Shown here piece by piece: positions 1 through 13,067 of a stretch of 64,000 bases of DNA; the first letter of the stretch is position 1; every line of letters begins with the position of its first letter. The DNA is from Amoebidium appalachense (lineage: Eukaryota; Protista; Ichthyosporea). Both the position numbers and the translations under genes were made by a program. The stretch lies in the NCBI GenBank assembly GCA_963693365.1, contig CAVNZM010000007.1:1101979-1165978 (forward strand), given 5' to 3'. Below the pieces are notes generated by a model, which saw only the letters and a list, made by a program, of their open reading frames with translations, was not told the origin of the DNA and did no database searches.

Positions 1-648
1 AAGTAGAGCTTGGTAGAGATTTTGTTTTTCACTTTGCGTTTTTTGGTCTTGTGGTTTGAAGTTGTTCCATTTTGGTTTTGATCACAACTTCTTTTTTCGT
101 GTTCTACACGGCTTCTTGTACGTTGGCTTTAGCTTTGAAGATCAAACACGTGACTTGCACGCATGCGCAAATCATACACACCAACACACACGCACACAAC
201 TCGCACACACCCCCCCACACACATCCTATAGCTCTTGCGCTTTAACCATACACAAACTTTAAATTTTAGCTGTCCCTACAGTGTAAAGTTTCACGGAGAT
301 CGGCCATCTCCAAACCCCTTCTCAGTTTCATTTTGTGTTGGACCGGTCACGGTGTGTGCAGACGTGTGTGTGACTGTGTCCGTGCACGCACGCACAAGTG
401 TATGTGTATATGTGTGCGTGTCCGTGTATGTGTGCGCGCTGGGGTTGTGTGTGGGTGTATGCATGCATGCGTGTGTGCACGGGTGCGTGCGTGCATACGT
501 GTGTGTGAGCGTGCGTGCGCGTGCGCGCGTGTCTGTGTGTCTGTCTGTGTGTGTGTGTGTGTGGTGTGTGTGTGTGGTGTCTGTGTGTGCGTCCACACCT
601 GCGCGTGTGTGTTCTAAGATTTTTTGATTTCTTTTCGCTTTGTTCCTG

Positions 649-693
<45 letters not shown>

Positions 694-1417
694 GGGGGCT
701 TTGGGATTCTTCATGGGAACCGATCCGTCTTTCACTAAGCACCGACTGCACCCTAGCCATGGTGCTAATGGTGCTGCAGCAATCAGCAAATAATACACCT
801 ATACCAATCCTAACTAATAGTACACCGTATCATTTAATCCAGGGTTTTTGCCCCAGCCTTGCTAGTAGGGATTTTGTTCTAGTAGAAGTGTGCACATGTG
901 TGTGTGTGCGTGGGCAGATGTACGTGTGTGCGTGGCACTGCGGTCGCATGTGTGTGCGGGCATGCATGTAGCATGTGTACCACGGTGCGTTAAGAGACAG
1001 AGGGGGGAGTGGGGGGGGGGGGGGGGGGGGAGGAGGGGGGGGGGGGGGGGGGGGGGGGTCATGAAAGCAGCCGGGAGCACCAGCCCTTGGAATACAATGG
1101 GATTTTATAATTGGACATGACTGGGAAGTTTATTAATTGCTCACAACAAGTTTCCTTAGCATCGGCCCTGCCAAGCACAAAAGTCTCGGTTTAAGCACCA
1201 TCATCCACATACCAAACACGTATGATATCAAATACGTGTCAATGATTTCAATCAATACAGACAAGTGCAAGTCTTCGCTTTCGTAAATTTAAATATAAAG
1301 GGTTTTAAGCAAACGGACACTGGCCAAACGTGCATCTCGGAGGAAGGGAAAAACCCTGGCCGTTTAAACTATCGTATACCCTGCCAGTTACCCTGGTGTT
1401 TCTTTCATACGGCGCAC

Positions 1418-1753
1418 CTAGCGGCCACCACCGCGACCTCCACAACTCCTGCCCCCGCTGCCCTTGATGCACTTCGTCTGTTTGGCTGCGAGCATTTTCT
1501 TGGTGGGCACCACAGACTCGGACGCGGAGGGCGCCAACTCGGGATAGCCGCCCATTTCAATCACTCGCTGCTTCTCCTCTGCACTCTGCCGTGCTCTCTG
1601 GAGCGCCTTCCTTTGGTGCTGTCTGCTTTCTCTCCGCTCGTCTCTCTCGTTCTTTCTGTTGATGTACCTCTCACTCTTAGCCATGACGTATTCTTGGACA
1701 GTTTCGCTGTGCAGACTGTCTGCCCACGGACCCCTTACACGGTTATTCGCCAT
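1418..1753 (-). CDS. Orphan basic 111-aa protein with C-terminal Gly/Arg (RGG-like) tail, copy A
   Basis: Intronless ATG-TAG ORF with a good start context (CCACCATGG). Upstream TATA (1886-1893) and CCAAT (1923-1927) on the minus strand. Only about 2 nt differences by eye from the copy at 2975-3310. Confidence 0.7.
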   Translation of the reverse strand: MANNRVRGPWADSLHSETVQEYVMAKSERYINRKNERDERRESRQHQRKALQRARQSAEEKQRVIEMGGYPELAPSASESVVPTKKMLAAKQTKCIKGSGGRSCGGRGGGR

Positions 1754-2974
1754 GGTGGAAAGGGAGATGTTCTTCTTGTTGATTGAAGTAGTGTAAGCCG
1801 CCGTTTTTGTTGTGTTGCTTTGTGTGTTTTGATGTGTTCAGACTTTGAACGGTGATGATCCGAGGGAACAACGCTATGTGCACTGTTTATATACCCGCTG
1901 TCTGCTGAAATAGAATGCGATGATTGGTTTACAATCATTCAGTGGCCGTGCAGCTCCTTCCACCAGAATCGGTCCTAATTTTATATGGTATATTTTGATG
2001 ATGAGTCGATATCATAAGAAAAGTTTAACATTATATCGCTCTAACAAACTACCTTGATAAATACTTCATTCCCTTATACCCCTTTTACTTTCCCCTTGTA
2101 TATGCTGATAATGTACACCCCAGTGTACACCCCTTGCTGGAAGAAAAATGAAGCGGTCAAAGCCAAAACTCGAAGTTAGATTTGATTGGGTTGAACCTGT
2201 TACGTCACATGAGTAACCAATCGTTGAAAACCACTCCGTTATCAGGGCAAAAAAAAGAATAAAAGAAAAGCAAGTATGGCCCCGTATCCCGGCCTCGTCC
2301 TGTGCCCCACAACTATGAAAGTTTTTTGTACATGCAGGCGAACACGACGTAAAAAAGGGTTCAGCTGCAGCCCGACACCCGGGGTTGGCTACCCAGCTTC
2401 AGAAATTCGCAAGCCCGCAGCGGCTCACAGGCTCATCCAAGGAATACCCCGGGAATCGGGAATTCGGGATGCCATGATTACTCATTTAAATCACAGCTTG
2501 CTCTTTCATTGGATGACGTAACCGCAGTTCCTTGTTGCGTAACAGCTTTGATCCAATCACATCTAACCAGGAGCTTGGCGTTGGGCCGTTGGCCATTTGG
2601 CATTTCTTTTCCAGAGGGAGGGGAAAGGAGAGAAGAGGGGTAGTTTTTGACCAACTTTGTTTTTTACAGAGATTAAAAAATACAAAATTCGAATTTCATT
2701 TTTGATTGCTTGGTATTATAAAAACTTATGTGCCCATTTCTAGCGACAATGACGTGTCTATTGTGGATAGGCTGACCTTGTATATTGAATGATTGTGCAC
2801 CAATCATCGCATTCAATGTCAGCAGACAGCGGATATATAGTCAGGTGCACATAGCGTTCTTCCCTCAGATCATCATCGTTCAAAGTCTGAACACATCAAA
2901 GCACACAAAGCAACACAACAAAAACGGCGGCTCACACTACTTCAATCAACAATAAGAACATCTCCCTTTCCACC

Positions 2975-3310
2975 ATGGCGAATAACCGTGTAAGGGGTCC
3001 GTGGGCAGACAGTCTGCACAGCGAAACTGTCCAAGAATACGTCATGGCTAAGAGTGAGAGGTACATCAACAGAAAGAACGAGAGAGACGAGCGGAGAGAA
3101 AGCAGACAGCACCAAAGGAAGGCGCTCCAGAGAGCACGGCAGAGTGCAGAGGAGAAGCAGCGAGTGATTGAAATGGGCGGCTATCCCGAGTTGGCGCCCT
3201 CCGCGTCCGAGTCTGTGGTGCCCACCAAGAAAATGCTCGCAGCCAAACAGACGAAGTGCATCAAGGGCAACGGGGGCAGGAGTTGTGGAGGTCGCGGTGG
3301 TGGCCGTTAG
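2975..3310 (+). CDS. Orphan basic 111-aa protein with C-terminal Gly/Arg tail, copy B
   Basis: Same protein as 1418-1753 except KGSGG>KGNGG. CCAAT at 2800-2804 and TATA-like TATATAG at 2834-2840. Confidence 0.7.
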   Translation: MANNRVRGPWADSLHSETVQEYVMAKSERYINRKNERDERRESRQHQRKALQRARQSAEEKQRVIEMGGYPELAPSASESVVPTKKMLAAKQTKCIKGNGGRSCGGRGGGR

Positions 3311-5674
3311 TTGCGCCGTATATAATCCCGAGACACCGGGATTTACGTTATGCACAATTTCTAACGTGGTCACTAGGTTTTGTCCCTTTTACACGATCGA
3401 TACACGAACGGCCAGCGGCCATAATTTGGTGTAATTGTTTGTGAAAAAGACCAGCTCACTTGTCCAATTAGATATGAACAGAAAGACAAAAACGAAAAAT
3501 ACGCACATGTATGTACTGTATCAAATGAAACGTATGTGATGTGATAAAAAAATATTGTATGATATTTGCTTAGGAGCACTGACAATTATCAAAAATTTCA
3601 GCAAATAATTAAACTCCCACAAACGTCCAACCTGGGGTTCGCATTCTGTCTCGCTTATGCGCATCGGATTCCTGGGGGTGGAATATGTATCCGTCTTCCA
3701 AATGAATCAATGAAATCATTCTCCCATCTCCCCTCCCTCCCCCCCTCACCCCCGGTTCCCCTCTTCATAAATCACTCTACTCTTCCCCTAAGACAATGTG
3801 GCACACACACACACACACACACGTACACACACACCATGCGCGCACACACACATACACACACACGCTGCACAGACACACACACACACACACCCGTGGCACG
3901 TGCCACCCACACACACAAAACTCTATCTGTACAGATAGATGTGTGCATGCGCGCACACATTCGAGTTAATTCATATACACACGCGTACAATCCAACAGAG
4001 CTGCAACAGTTGCACGTGCACACACACACACACACACATGTATAACCCGTTTGTGGCTCAAAATGAAATAGAAAAGTGGATCCGAGATGGCCTTCCATTT
4101 AAGAGAAAAACAGAGTTCTAAGTATTTAAGTAAACAAACTTTATTTACAGCTTCAGGATCTGTAGTAAAATTTACCCCCCCCCCCCCCCCCCCCCCCCCC
4201 CGCTCCCCCCCCCCCCCCCCCCCCCCCCCGGCCATGCGCTCCCTCACCCACCCTACCCTCTCTCCGGACCCCAACCGGCCTGCCGCCCGCTGGCCCGCCC
4301 GTCTGCCCGCCCGAGCCCGTATCATTCCGGTCGTGTCGGGTCTTGAACCTGAAAACACCCAAATGTCACAGTGCGTGCAGAAAGTAACATATGAGGGCCC
4401 GGCCGTGCATATGCCTGCCGACTGACACACGTGCACAGCACCCCCCTCTACGTGCGCACACCCACTGACACCCACAACCAGACACTCCAACACCTACATA
4501 CAAAAGCTCCCCCGCACATTCACAGGCACCCAATGTCTCCTAAAACCACCCACATCCGCACATACCCCCAAAACCTTTTTTACACTTCCGCACATCACAC
4601 GCCCACCCTTACGGCATTGCAATTGGTGAACCATCTTATTTTTGGCAAAAATCCGCATACGTGTCTTTAAATATGGAACACGAGGATTAAAGGATTGGGA
4701 GGGAGGGAAATCCGGAGGCTGGAAGGACCGAGGGGAGGGAAAGGGGGGGGGGGGGGGGGGAGGGGAGGGAGGGGGGGGATAAATGTGCATATGTGTGTGA
4801 GGGTGTGTGTACGTGGGAGGTGTGTGTACGTGTGTACGTTGGAGGTGTGTGTACGTGGGAGGTGTGCGTGCGTGCGTGTTTGTCTGTGTATGTGTGTGTG
4901 CGTGCGCGAGAGAACGTGTCGATCAGGTTGATGTGTATGTGGTGGGGGGAAGTGGGGGGGAAGGGGGGGGAGGGGGAGCGGCGGGGGGTGGGGGGTGGGG
5001 GTGGGGGGCTTTGAGCACATGTTTAGGACCACTTTCTTACAACAAATGTCGTGTTGAATTGTATTCGAATCCACCCACGAGCCTTCGTAAGACGGGTACT
5101 CGGGGGATTCTCTGGCCACAAACCTCCCAAAGGAAAAGAAAAACTACTTACCAATCTCAAAACAGAGTGTTGTGCACAACATGATTCATGATAGGTTCAC
5201 ATTCGGCAAAAATGGAGTATATAATGTGGGGAAAAAATCGAGTTTCCTTTGGCAAAGCATGTACAAAGTTCGTTGGCAGTCACCCATGCCCGGGGTAATG
5301 AGGTTAGGATCACAAACCCCATTCAACCTTCAAAATAAAGTACAAGTGTAAACAAAAGTGTACCACAGCAGAAAATCTTCCCCCCTCCCCCCCCCCCCCC
5401 CCCCCCAACCACACACACACACACACACACACACACACCATGACTCCTAACCCCAAAAAACCAAACACTCAAAAAGGAAAGAAATGAAGTAGAAACAAAT
5501 ACACATGTGCGCACACCCGGAATCCCCTTTTCACGTGCCATCACCATCATCGAAATAACCACGTAACCAACCATTCACATGTGCTTCATAGATCCCCCCC
5601 CCCCCCCCCCCCCCCCTCCTTCCCCTTCAACCATCCATTAGACTTGTTCAGATTTGAATCATTTTACGACAACT

Positions 5675-5874
5675 TTACGACGCAACTTTGAATGATGCGG
5701 CAGCATAACTGACTGAGCTATCCTGATTGGTGTAGCATTTGCTGGACTGCGCATAGTTGAGAAACTTGATCTGCCCGGGTAGCTGCGGCCCAAGAGTCGC
5801 TAGAGCCTGTGGGGGGGTGGGGGGGGGGGGGGGGGGGGGGGGAAGGGGAGAGGAATGCGTGCGTGGGCGTTCTT

Positions 5875-5905
<31 letters not shown>

Positions 5906-6105
5906 GGGGGAAGAGGAGGTGAGGGGGAGGGGAGGTGAGGGGAGAGTAGCTGAGGTAAAGGGTGAAAAGGGAGAAGGGGGTGGCAGGGGAATGGGATGAA
6001 AAGAGGTAAGGAGTGAGTGAGTGAGGGAGGGAAGAGGGAAGGGGTGGGTGGTGTATTTCTGTGTGTGTTTGTGTTTGTGATGGTGGTGTTTTTTTTTTTT
6101 TCTTT

Positions 6106-6162
<57 letters not shown>

Positions 6163-6503
6163 GGGGGGGAAGCAACACAAGAAGATGCATTCTCTGATAA
6201 GGCCCAGATATATGTTAAGAGGGGAAAGAGGAGAGGGGAAGACCGGGAGGGCGGGAAGAGGGGGGGGGGGGGGGGGGGAGGGGGGAAAGGGGGGGGGGGG
6301 GGGGGGGGGGAGGCACATGCATATCTTCTTGCCGTGCCTTTGTAATGTCCCTGAACCTCTTGGTCTCCTTTTCCATTTTCCTTACATTGATCACGGAAGG
6401 CCAGTTTGTGTATTGGGCGGAAAAAAATAAACAAGGGCCGTGCAAGGGGATGGAGGTATGGAAAAGAGACACAGAAATATGGGGAGGGTTGGGTTGGGGG
6501 AAA

Positions 6504-6561
<58 letters not shown>

Positions 6562-6761
6562 TGCAGAACACGGTACGAAGTACAACACCACAACGAGAAA
6601 CACGGGGCACGATATATGCAAGAGCAAACATATGCATATGCAACATCACACATACAATGTAACGTAGACAGAACCCATTCTTAAAAGAAAGAACCCAAGT
6701 TATATACTGCATCACCCCTGACTTTCAACCACCTCGCCCTTTAGCCTCGTATACTGGGAAT

Positions 6762-6801
<40 letters not shown>

Positions 6802-6828
6802 GTAAGAATGCTCATCTTTCTTTCTTTT

Positions 6829-6864
<36 letters not shown>

Positions 6865-7000
6865 TTCTTTCTTTCTTTTTTTTTTTTTGGGGGGGGGGGG
6901 GGGGGGAGGGGGGAGGGGGAGGAGCGCGTGGAAGAAGATGCGGAACACGGTACCAAGTACAACTACACGATGAGAAACACTAGTGCAACACATGCAGAAA

Positions 7001-7033
<33 letters not shown>

Positions 7034-7667
7034 GGTGCCATACGTTGAGAAGGACTGCGATGGGGTGCCTGCCACAGATAGTGTTCTTGTACTGTTTCTG
7101 GTAGGAGGCAAACTGGGTGGGATCACGTGACTCTATTGCGGTCATCCCCATGTGGTCCAGGTGGCGAATAGACGAGTGGATCTCCCCTTTGGTGGTGTCG
7201 TGGTAGGTGTAGCTGAACCTGCGACCCCTATGTACGTGTGCGTACGTGTGTGTGTGTACGTGTGTGTGTGTACGTGTGTGTGTGTGTGTTTGGGGGGGGG
7301 GGGGGGGGGGGGGTTTGCAGGGGTTGGGTGGGTTGGTGGGGGAGGGAGGAGGGAAGGGAGGAGGGATGGAGAGGGGAAGGGGGAGGGAGGGGGAGAGGGA
7401 GGAGGGATGGAGAGGGGAAGGGGGAGGGAGGGGGAGAGGGAGGGAGGGGTGGGGGAGGGGGGGGTTTGGCGGTGGGGGGTGGGGGGAAGGCTGTGTGTGT
7501 GTGTGTGTGTGTGTGTACGTGTGTCTGTGTGTGCGTGTTGTCGTGTTTGTGTCGTGTGTGTGTGTATGCGCGCGGACGCGCATCTCTAGTGTGTTGGAGA
7601 GGGAGGGAGGAAGGAAAGGGGGGAAGGGGGACTGCAGCGTTTTTTTTGTTTTTTTTTTCTTTTCTTT

Positions 7668-7698
<31 letters not shown>

Positions 7699-8734
7699 GG
7701 GAGGGGGGGGGGGGGGGGGGGGGGGGGGAATGTGTGAGTGTTTGTGTGTGTGTGGATTTCAAGTATTGTGTGCGCATGTGTTAAATAGTCGCTCAAGACC
7801 GTTGTAGTGGATGTGGATGTGTATCATAGAGAAGATACAAAAGAAATGTATAATGCGGCAGGGAAAGCAACGTGCAAAATGTACAGGATTTCTTTCCCCT
7901 CAGTTTTGGTTTTCCTCAACCCATCCTGTGCTTGTTTCGTTTGTAAATATTTTTTTCCCCTCCCCCCCCCCCCCCCCCACCTTTTTTTATGCCTTTCCTT
8001 TCCAACGTTTTTCATTTCTTTATTTTTCATCTTTTTCTTTTTTTGCGAGCGGGAGAGCGGGGGGGGGGGGGGGGGGGGGGGGGGGGAGGAAGAGGGGGAG
8101 GGAAGGTAAGCATACCAGTGGCAAAAATCAGAAGAGACCACCCACAGTGTGTGTGGGTCGTTGAGGTACGGGGCTAGCAGGGTGCCGTATTCCTTCTCTT
8201 TGGCGGTGGTCAGCGCACCAACAAGAATGGGCACTATCGTAAAGTCCTGCCTGTAGGAGGGGGCCTATATATGTAAGTGTCTTTTTCTTATTCTTTTCTT
8301 TTCTTTCTTTCTTTCTTTTTTTTTTGGGGGGGGGGGAGGGGGGGGGGGGTCCCACTTGCCTACCTATTCACCCACCTTCTAACACTCCCACCCACGCTAA
8401 CCACAACTACGCCTCCAATCCCACGCAACCCCCAACACACACACGACACACACACACATTCCGTCCTCCCCCCCCCCCCCCCAAAAAAAAAAAAAAATAA
8501 AAATAAAAAAAGAAAAAAAATAAAAAATAGAATAAAAATAAAGAACAAAAAAAAAAAAACACACGCACTCCCCCCCCCCCCCCGGCCTCGCCCACGGCAC
8601 CCACCCATCACAACCCCACTCACCCCTTCATGACGTGGCACACATAGGGCAGATGCATTTCGATGGAATGTTCGTCTTCATCCACAGAAGGGTCCATGTC
8701 GTCAAATTTTCCTGTCTTGCGTAGCTCAATGATC

Positions 8735-8776
<42 letters not shown>

Positions 8777-8778
8777 CT

Positions 8779-8831
<53 letters not shown>

Positions 8832-8833
8832 CT

Positions 8834-8922
<89 letters not shown>

Positions 8923-11015
8923 CGTGCCTGTCTAAATGTGTGTGTGTGTGTGTGTGCTTGGGAGCAGCGAGGGCACATGTGAGTTGTGTGTAAAAACTGT
9001 CTGTCTACTGGTGTTAAAAAGACACACCTCAGTTGCGCTTTCATCGCTGTTGGCCTAAAAAGAAACTGTTGTTCCCTGCTCAGACCCCCCCCCCCCCCCC
9101 CCTCCCCCCTCTCCCTTGCCCCTCCACTTCCCCCACCCCCACCCCCTTCCCCCATTTAGGCTGCCCACCCTCTCTCCCACACTCCCCCCCCCCCCCCCCC
9201 CCTGCACGTGGGAAAAGAGAAAGGGAGAGAGCGAGTGCCGCAGGCTCTGTGAGAGAAAGACCAGGCAAGACAGTTATATAGGGAAAGAGGTTTAGAACAC
9301 CATTTTAATGCAGACACCCTGGGGTAAGAGAACCAACAGAACAGAAGCACACCATTTTCTCAGACTCGAAAATCTCTCTCACGAATTGCATACCTCATAA
9401 CATTTCTCTCCCTTCTTCTTTTTGACTGGCGGGAAGGGCTCCCGAAGGGGGGGGGGGGGGGGGGGAGGTGGGGCCGCGGAGGGGAGAAGGGGGAAGAGGG
9501 GGCGAAACAGTTACCGAATACAAAGTACACACATGACGGGCAGGGGGGGGGGGAGGGGGGGGGTGGGGGGGGGGGTTGGGATGGGAGAATAAGGGGGAGG
9601 TGGGGAGGTGGAGTGCGGGGGCGGGAGGGGGGAAGGAGGGGGCTGATTGTGCCATATAGTACGTGGTACACATTCACAACGGGCAACACAGTGCAGAGTG
9701 CAAACCACACATAGAAAGTATGCATAATAATAAGCAGCGCCCATACTTAGGGGGAGAAAGGTGGGGGGAAGGGGGGGGGGGGGGGGGGGGGGGGGGGAGG
9801 GGGGGGGGGTCGTTTACCTTGCTGATCGAGTGTGAGGTTGCCGATGGGTGTTGCATACTCGGTGCATTGGGAGAGAGCACAGCCACTCAGATACACGTGA
9901 TGAGAGGGGCCAAGAATGAACACTCGTTTACTGCAGGGGTATTAATGAGCTCATTAGTTGTCATTAGTGCTTGATTGGCTGATAAATGAGTGCATGGATG
10001 CCGATTGGTTGTCATTAGTGCTTGATAGGTTAATGAGCGTGTTGCTACTGGGTCCTTCCGTTTCTCGAAATCTTTGGGTTTGGGAATTGGATCATTTAAC
10101 TGGTGGTCTTTAACCGTCAGTCCATGGTTCAGTGATTGCAGATCTGTGATTGGTTAGCAGTGTCTTTACTTACACCACATTGAGAAACTGATCACGGTTC
10201 TAATAAGAAATTAAATTATTAACCAATCAATTTTCTTCTTCCCTATGAAATCGTCTAACATTAAAAAACTCCCAATCAAACGATACCGTTTGCAACCCAA
10301 AAAAGCAATCCAGGAACGGAAAGACCTACTGATTGGCCAATGAGCTCGGTAGTAATTTATTGATCGTGAGTGAGCCGATGCTAATTGGTTGTCATTAGTG
10401 CTTAATTCTTTAACGAAGCTCATTGATGCTGATTGCGAATGATAGTTACAGGGACAACCATACCTCTCTCTCTCTCTCTCCCCCCCCCCCCCCCCCCCCC
10501 CCTCCCTCCCTCTCTCTCTCTCCCTTTCTTTTGCACACCCTCCCTCGCTCCCTCCCTCTCTTTTTCTCTCCTCTCCCTTCCCGTTCTCTCTCACTCACTC
10601 TCGTCTTTCTCCCCCCCCCCCTCCCCCCCCCCCCCCCCTGCTATTCCTCTGCTGGGGGGGGGGGGGGGGGGGGGGGGCATCCTAGCCACCTACATCTGTT
10701 AAGTTAAGGTGTATGTGGCAAACATACGTGAAAGAAAGCTTAACATTAAGGATGGCATTGTCATGTATCACTGCCCCAGAGCACAAATGCTCCTGTATGT
10801 GGTTCATATGTGTGTTTGCATTTGTGGTTAGGTGAGTCGGTGGGTGGATGGATGGCCGAGGGGGAGGGGGAGGCGACGGTGGTGGTGATGGTAGGGGAGA
10901 GGGGCGGGGATGGGGGGAAAGGGGGGGGGAGGGGGGGGGGGGATTACACAGTGGACGGGTCGATCTGTCGGTATGCATAACCGGCACAAGACCCACAGTA
11001 GCTGTAGCCGGCATG

Positions 11016-11088
<73 letters not shown>

Positions 11089-11335
11089 CACGGTGAGTAG
11101 GTATTACAAGCCTCGTGTGCCCGAGAGTGCATATTCATGTGAACGAGTGCGGAAGGCAGGGGAAGGGGGAGGGGGGGGGGGGGGGGGGGGGGGGGATACA
11201 TGTGTGTGGTGTAGCATGCATGCGTGTGTGTATGAATGTGGTGTGTTTGTGATTGGGGAGCCAGAGCAATTCATCATTGAGTGTCCGTAAGGTCGTCCGG
11301 CATCGTGGGTAGGCGGGAGGTTATAAATATGTGAC

Positions 11336-11393
<58 letters not shown>

Positions 11394-11993
11394 GGAGAGG
11401 AGGATTCGATAGCGAGAAAGGGGGGGGGGGGGGGGGTAGTTTTGCTTTGTGATGGTGGTCGTTTAAAAAAAGAACGAAGATAGGGGATAATTTATGGTGA
11501 ACAGGCCGCCACCAAACCATAAGTTATGATAGTGTCAGACTCGTGTATGTTGGTGTCATTCATTTTTTAAATGAATGTTGTGCATCATCTCTGAGACACG
11601 GACGCTCACACACATGCACACAATGACACAGACCCATCCATCCCCCCCCCCTCCCCCCCCCTCCCCCGCCCTCCTCCTTCTCCTAATATACCATTTTTTC
11701 TTCCTCCTTTTTCGTTTTCTTTCCTGCAGGCCAGCACAAGTGAGTCGTTTTCAATTTTAAATTTGCATTTGTCTGTATAGAAGAGAATAGTGTGGAGAGG
11801 GAGACCATACCACACAAGCGAATCGGTGTGTGTTTTATATGTGCAATAGATGTGCATATATGTGTGCAAAAAAAAAAACATGGAGGGAGGGTGGGGGGGG
11901 GGCATACGGGGCAATGATTGCACGTGCCGGACTGTGGGTTGGGGGGGAGGCCTCAGCCAGCCAGTCTGTAAGCTGCTGGCTCAGTTTGCTGGC

Positions 11994-12090
<97 letters not shown>

Positions 12091-12104
12091 TGTGTGTTTT
12101 TTTT

Positions 12105-12135
<31 letters not shown>

Positions 12136-12437
12136 GGGGGGGCATGTATGTATTCTTGGAAGGGTAGAAGAAAGAAGGTGGGATATTGAGGAAGAGGGAG
12201 GGAGGGAATGTGTGTTTGCGGGAGGAATGATACTCGGGGGGAAAGGGGGGGGGGGGGGGAGATGTGTGTTTGCCAGAAGGATGAGGCACGGGGGGGGGGG
12301 GGGGGGGGGGGAGGGGGGCGTTATTTCCAAAGTTAACAGATTGAAAGTGTCTTCCACTTCTTCCATGCCCTTTCCTTTTTTCTACCTTCTATAAACGACA
12401 ACCCTGGATATTGGTCTACATGCATTCACTCCAACCC

Positions 12438-12494
<57 letters not shown>

Positions 12495-12727
12495 ATTAAA
12501 TAAAAAATAAAAATAAAATTAAAATAGAAACCTAAAATGCAAAAAAGAAAAAGCCAAAAAGGAAAACGGGCGACACAATGTACAACAAATACGTACTAGG
12601 ACCAACTACGTAAAAAGAACAACATAGAAATGTCACGGGTGCAAACAGGGAAGAAGGCAAAATGTTCCTTTTTAGGTTTGTTTTGTTTGAGGTTACTAAA
12701 CAACCTTCTACTCGAAGTTTCTTCTCT

Positions 12728-12759
<32 letters not shown>

Positions 12760-13067
12760 ACCCCCCTCCCCTCCACCCTCCCACCCACCTCCTCCGGTAC
12801 CCCAGACTCACTTACACAAGCTCACACATATCCAAAGGCATAATAGCACATATTTCACCATATATCATAGGCAGTCAAAAAACATAACACTAGACAGACT
12901 GAGTGAAGACAGCTTTAAGGCACATGTAGGTGGAGGTAAGGACTCTGGTTGTGTGGGAGGGTTGGGAGGTTGTGCGCGTGTGTTTGGGGGGGGGGGGGGG
13001 GAGGGGGGGAAGCGGTACGTGAGTCTGTGTACCAACTGCCTGCATGAGTGGCACGTCTGGTTGTCAT
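5675..13067 (-). CDS. MEMO1: MEMO1 / AmmeMemoRadiSam system protein B homolog, 292 aa, 8 coding exons
   Basis: Phase-consistent GT-AG exons: 13019-13067, 11908-11992, 10948-11016, 9818-9930, 8624-8735, 8116-8250, 7044-7227, 5675-5806. Motifs [75 protein letters not shown]. Confidence 0.95.
9657..9752. repeat. Member of a dispersed ~100-bp repeat family (other copies about 27236-27316 and 37828-37937; more distant about 6561-6655 and 6938-7000)
   Basis: Shared GTACAC..CACAACGGGCAACAC..TGCAGAGTGCAA.CCACACATA..AGTATGCATAATAAGCAG.GCCCAT core. Confidence 0.75.

Larger units (their letters stand above)
1407..3321. repeat. Large inverted duplication: arms about 1407-1941 and 2786-3321, spacer about 845 bp
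   Basis: The arms are reverse complements. They are near-identical over the ORF, more diverged in the promoter, and the match decays about 11 bp after the stop codon. Confidence 0.95.

Noticed and set aside
1265-3373. Antisense ORFs 1265-1786 (+) and 2942-3373 (-) over the twin genes
   Set aside because: Their N-termini differ, and the promoter motifs and start context favour the 111-aa sense ORFs.
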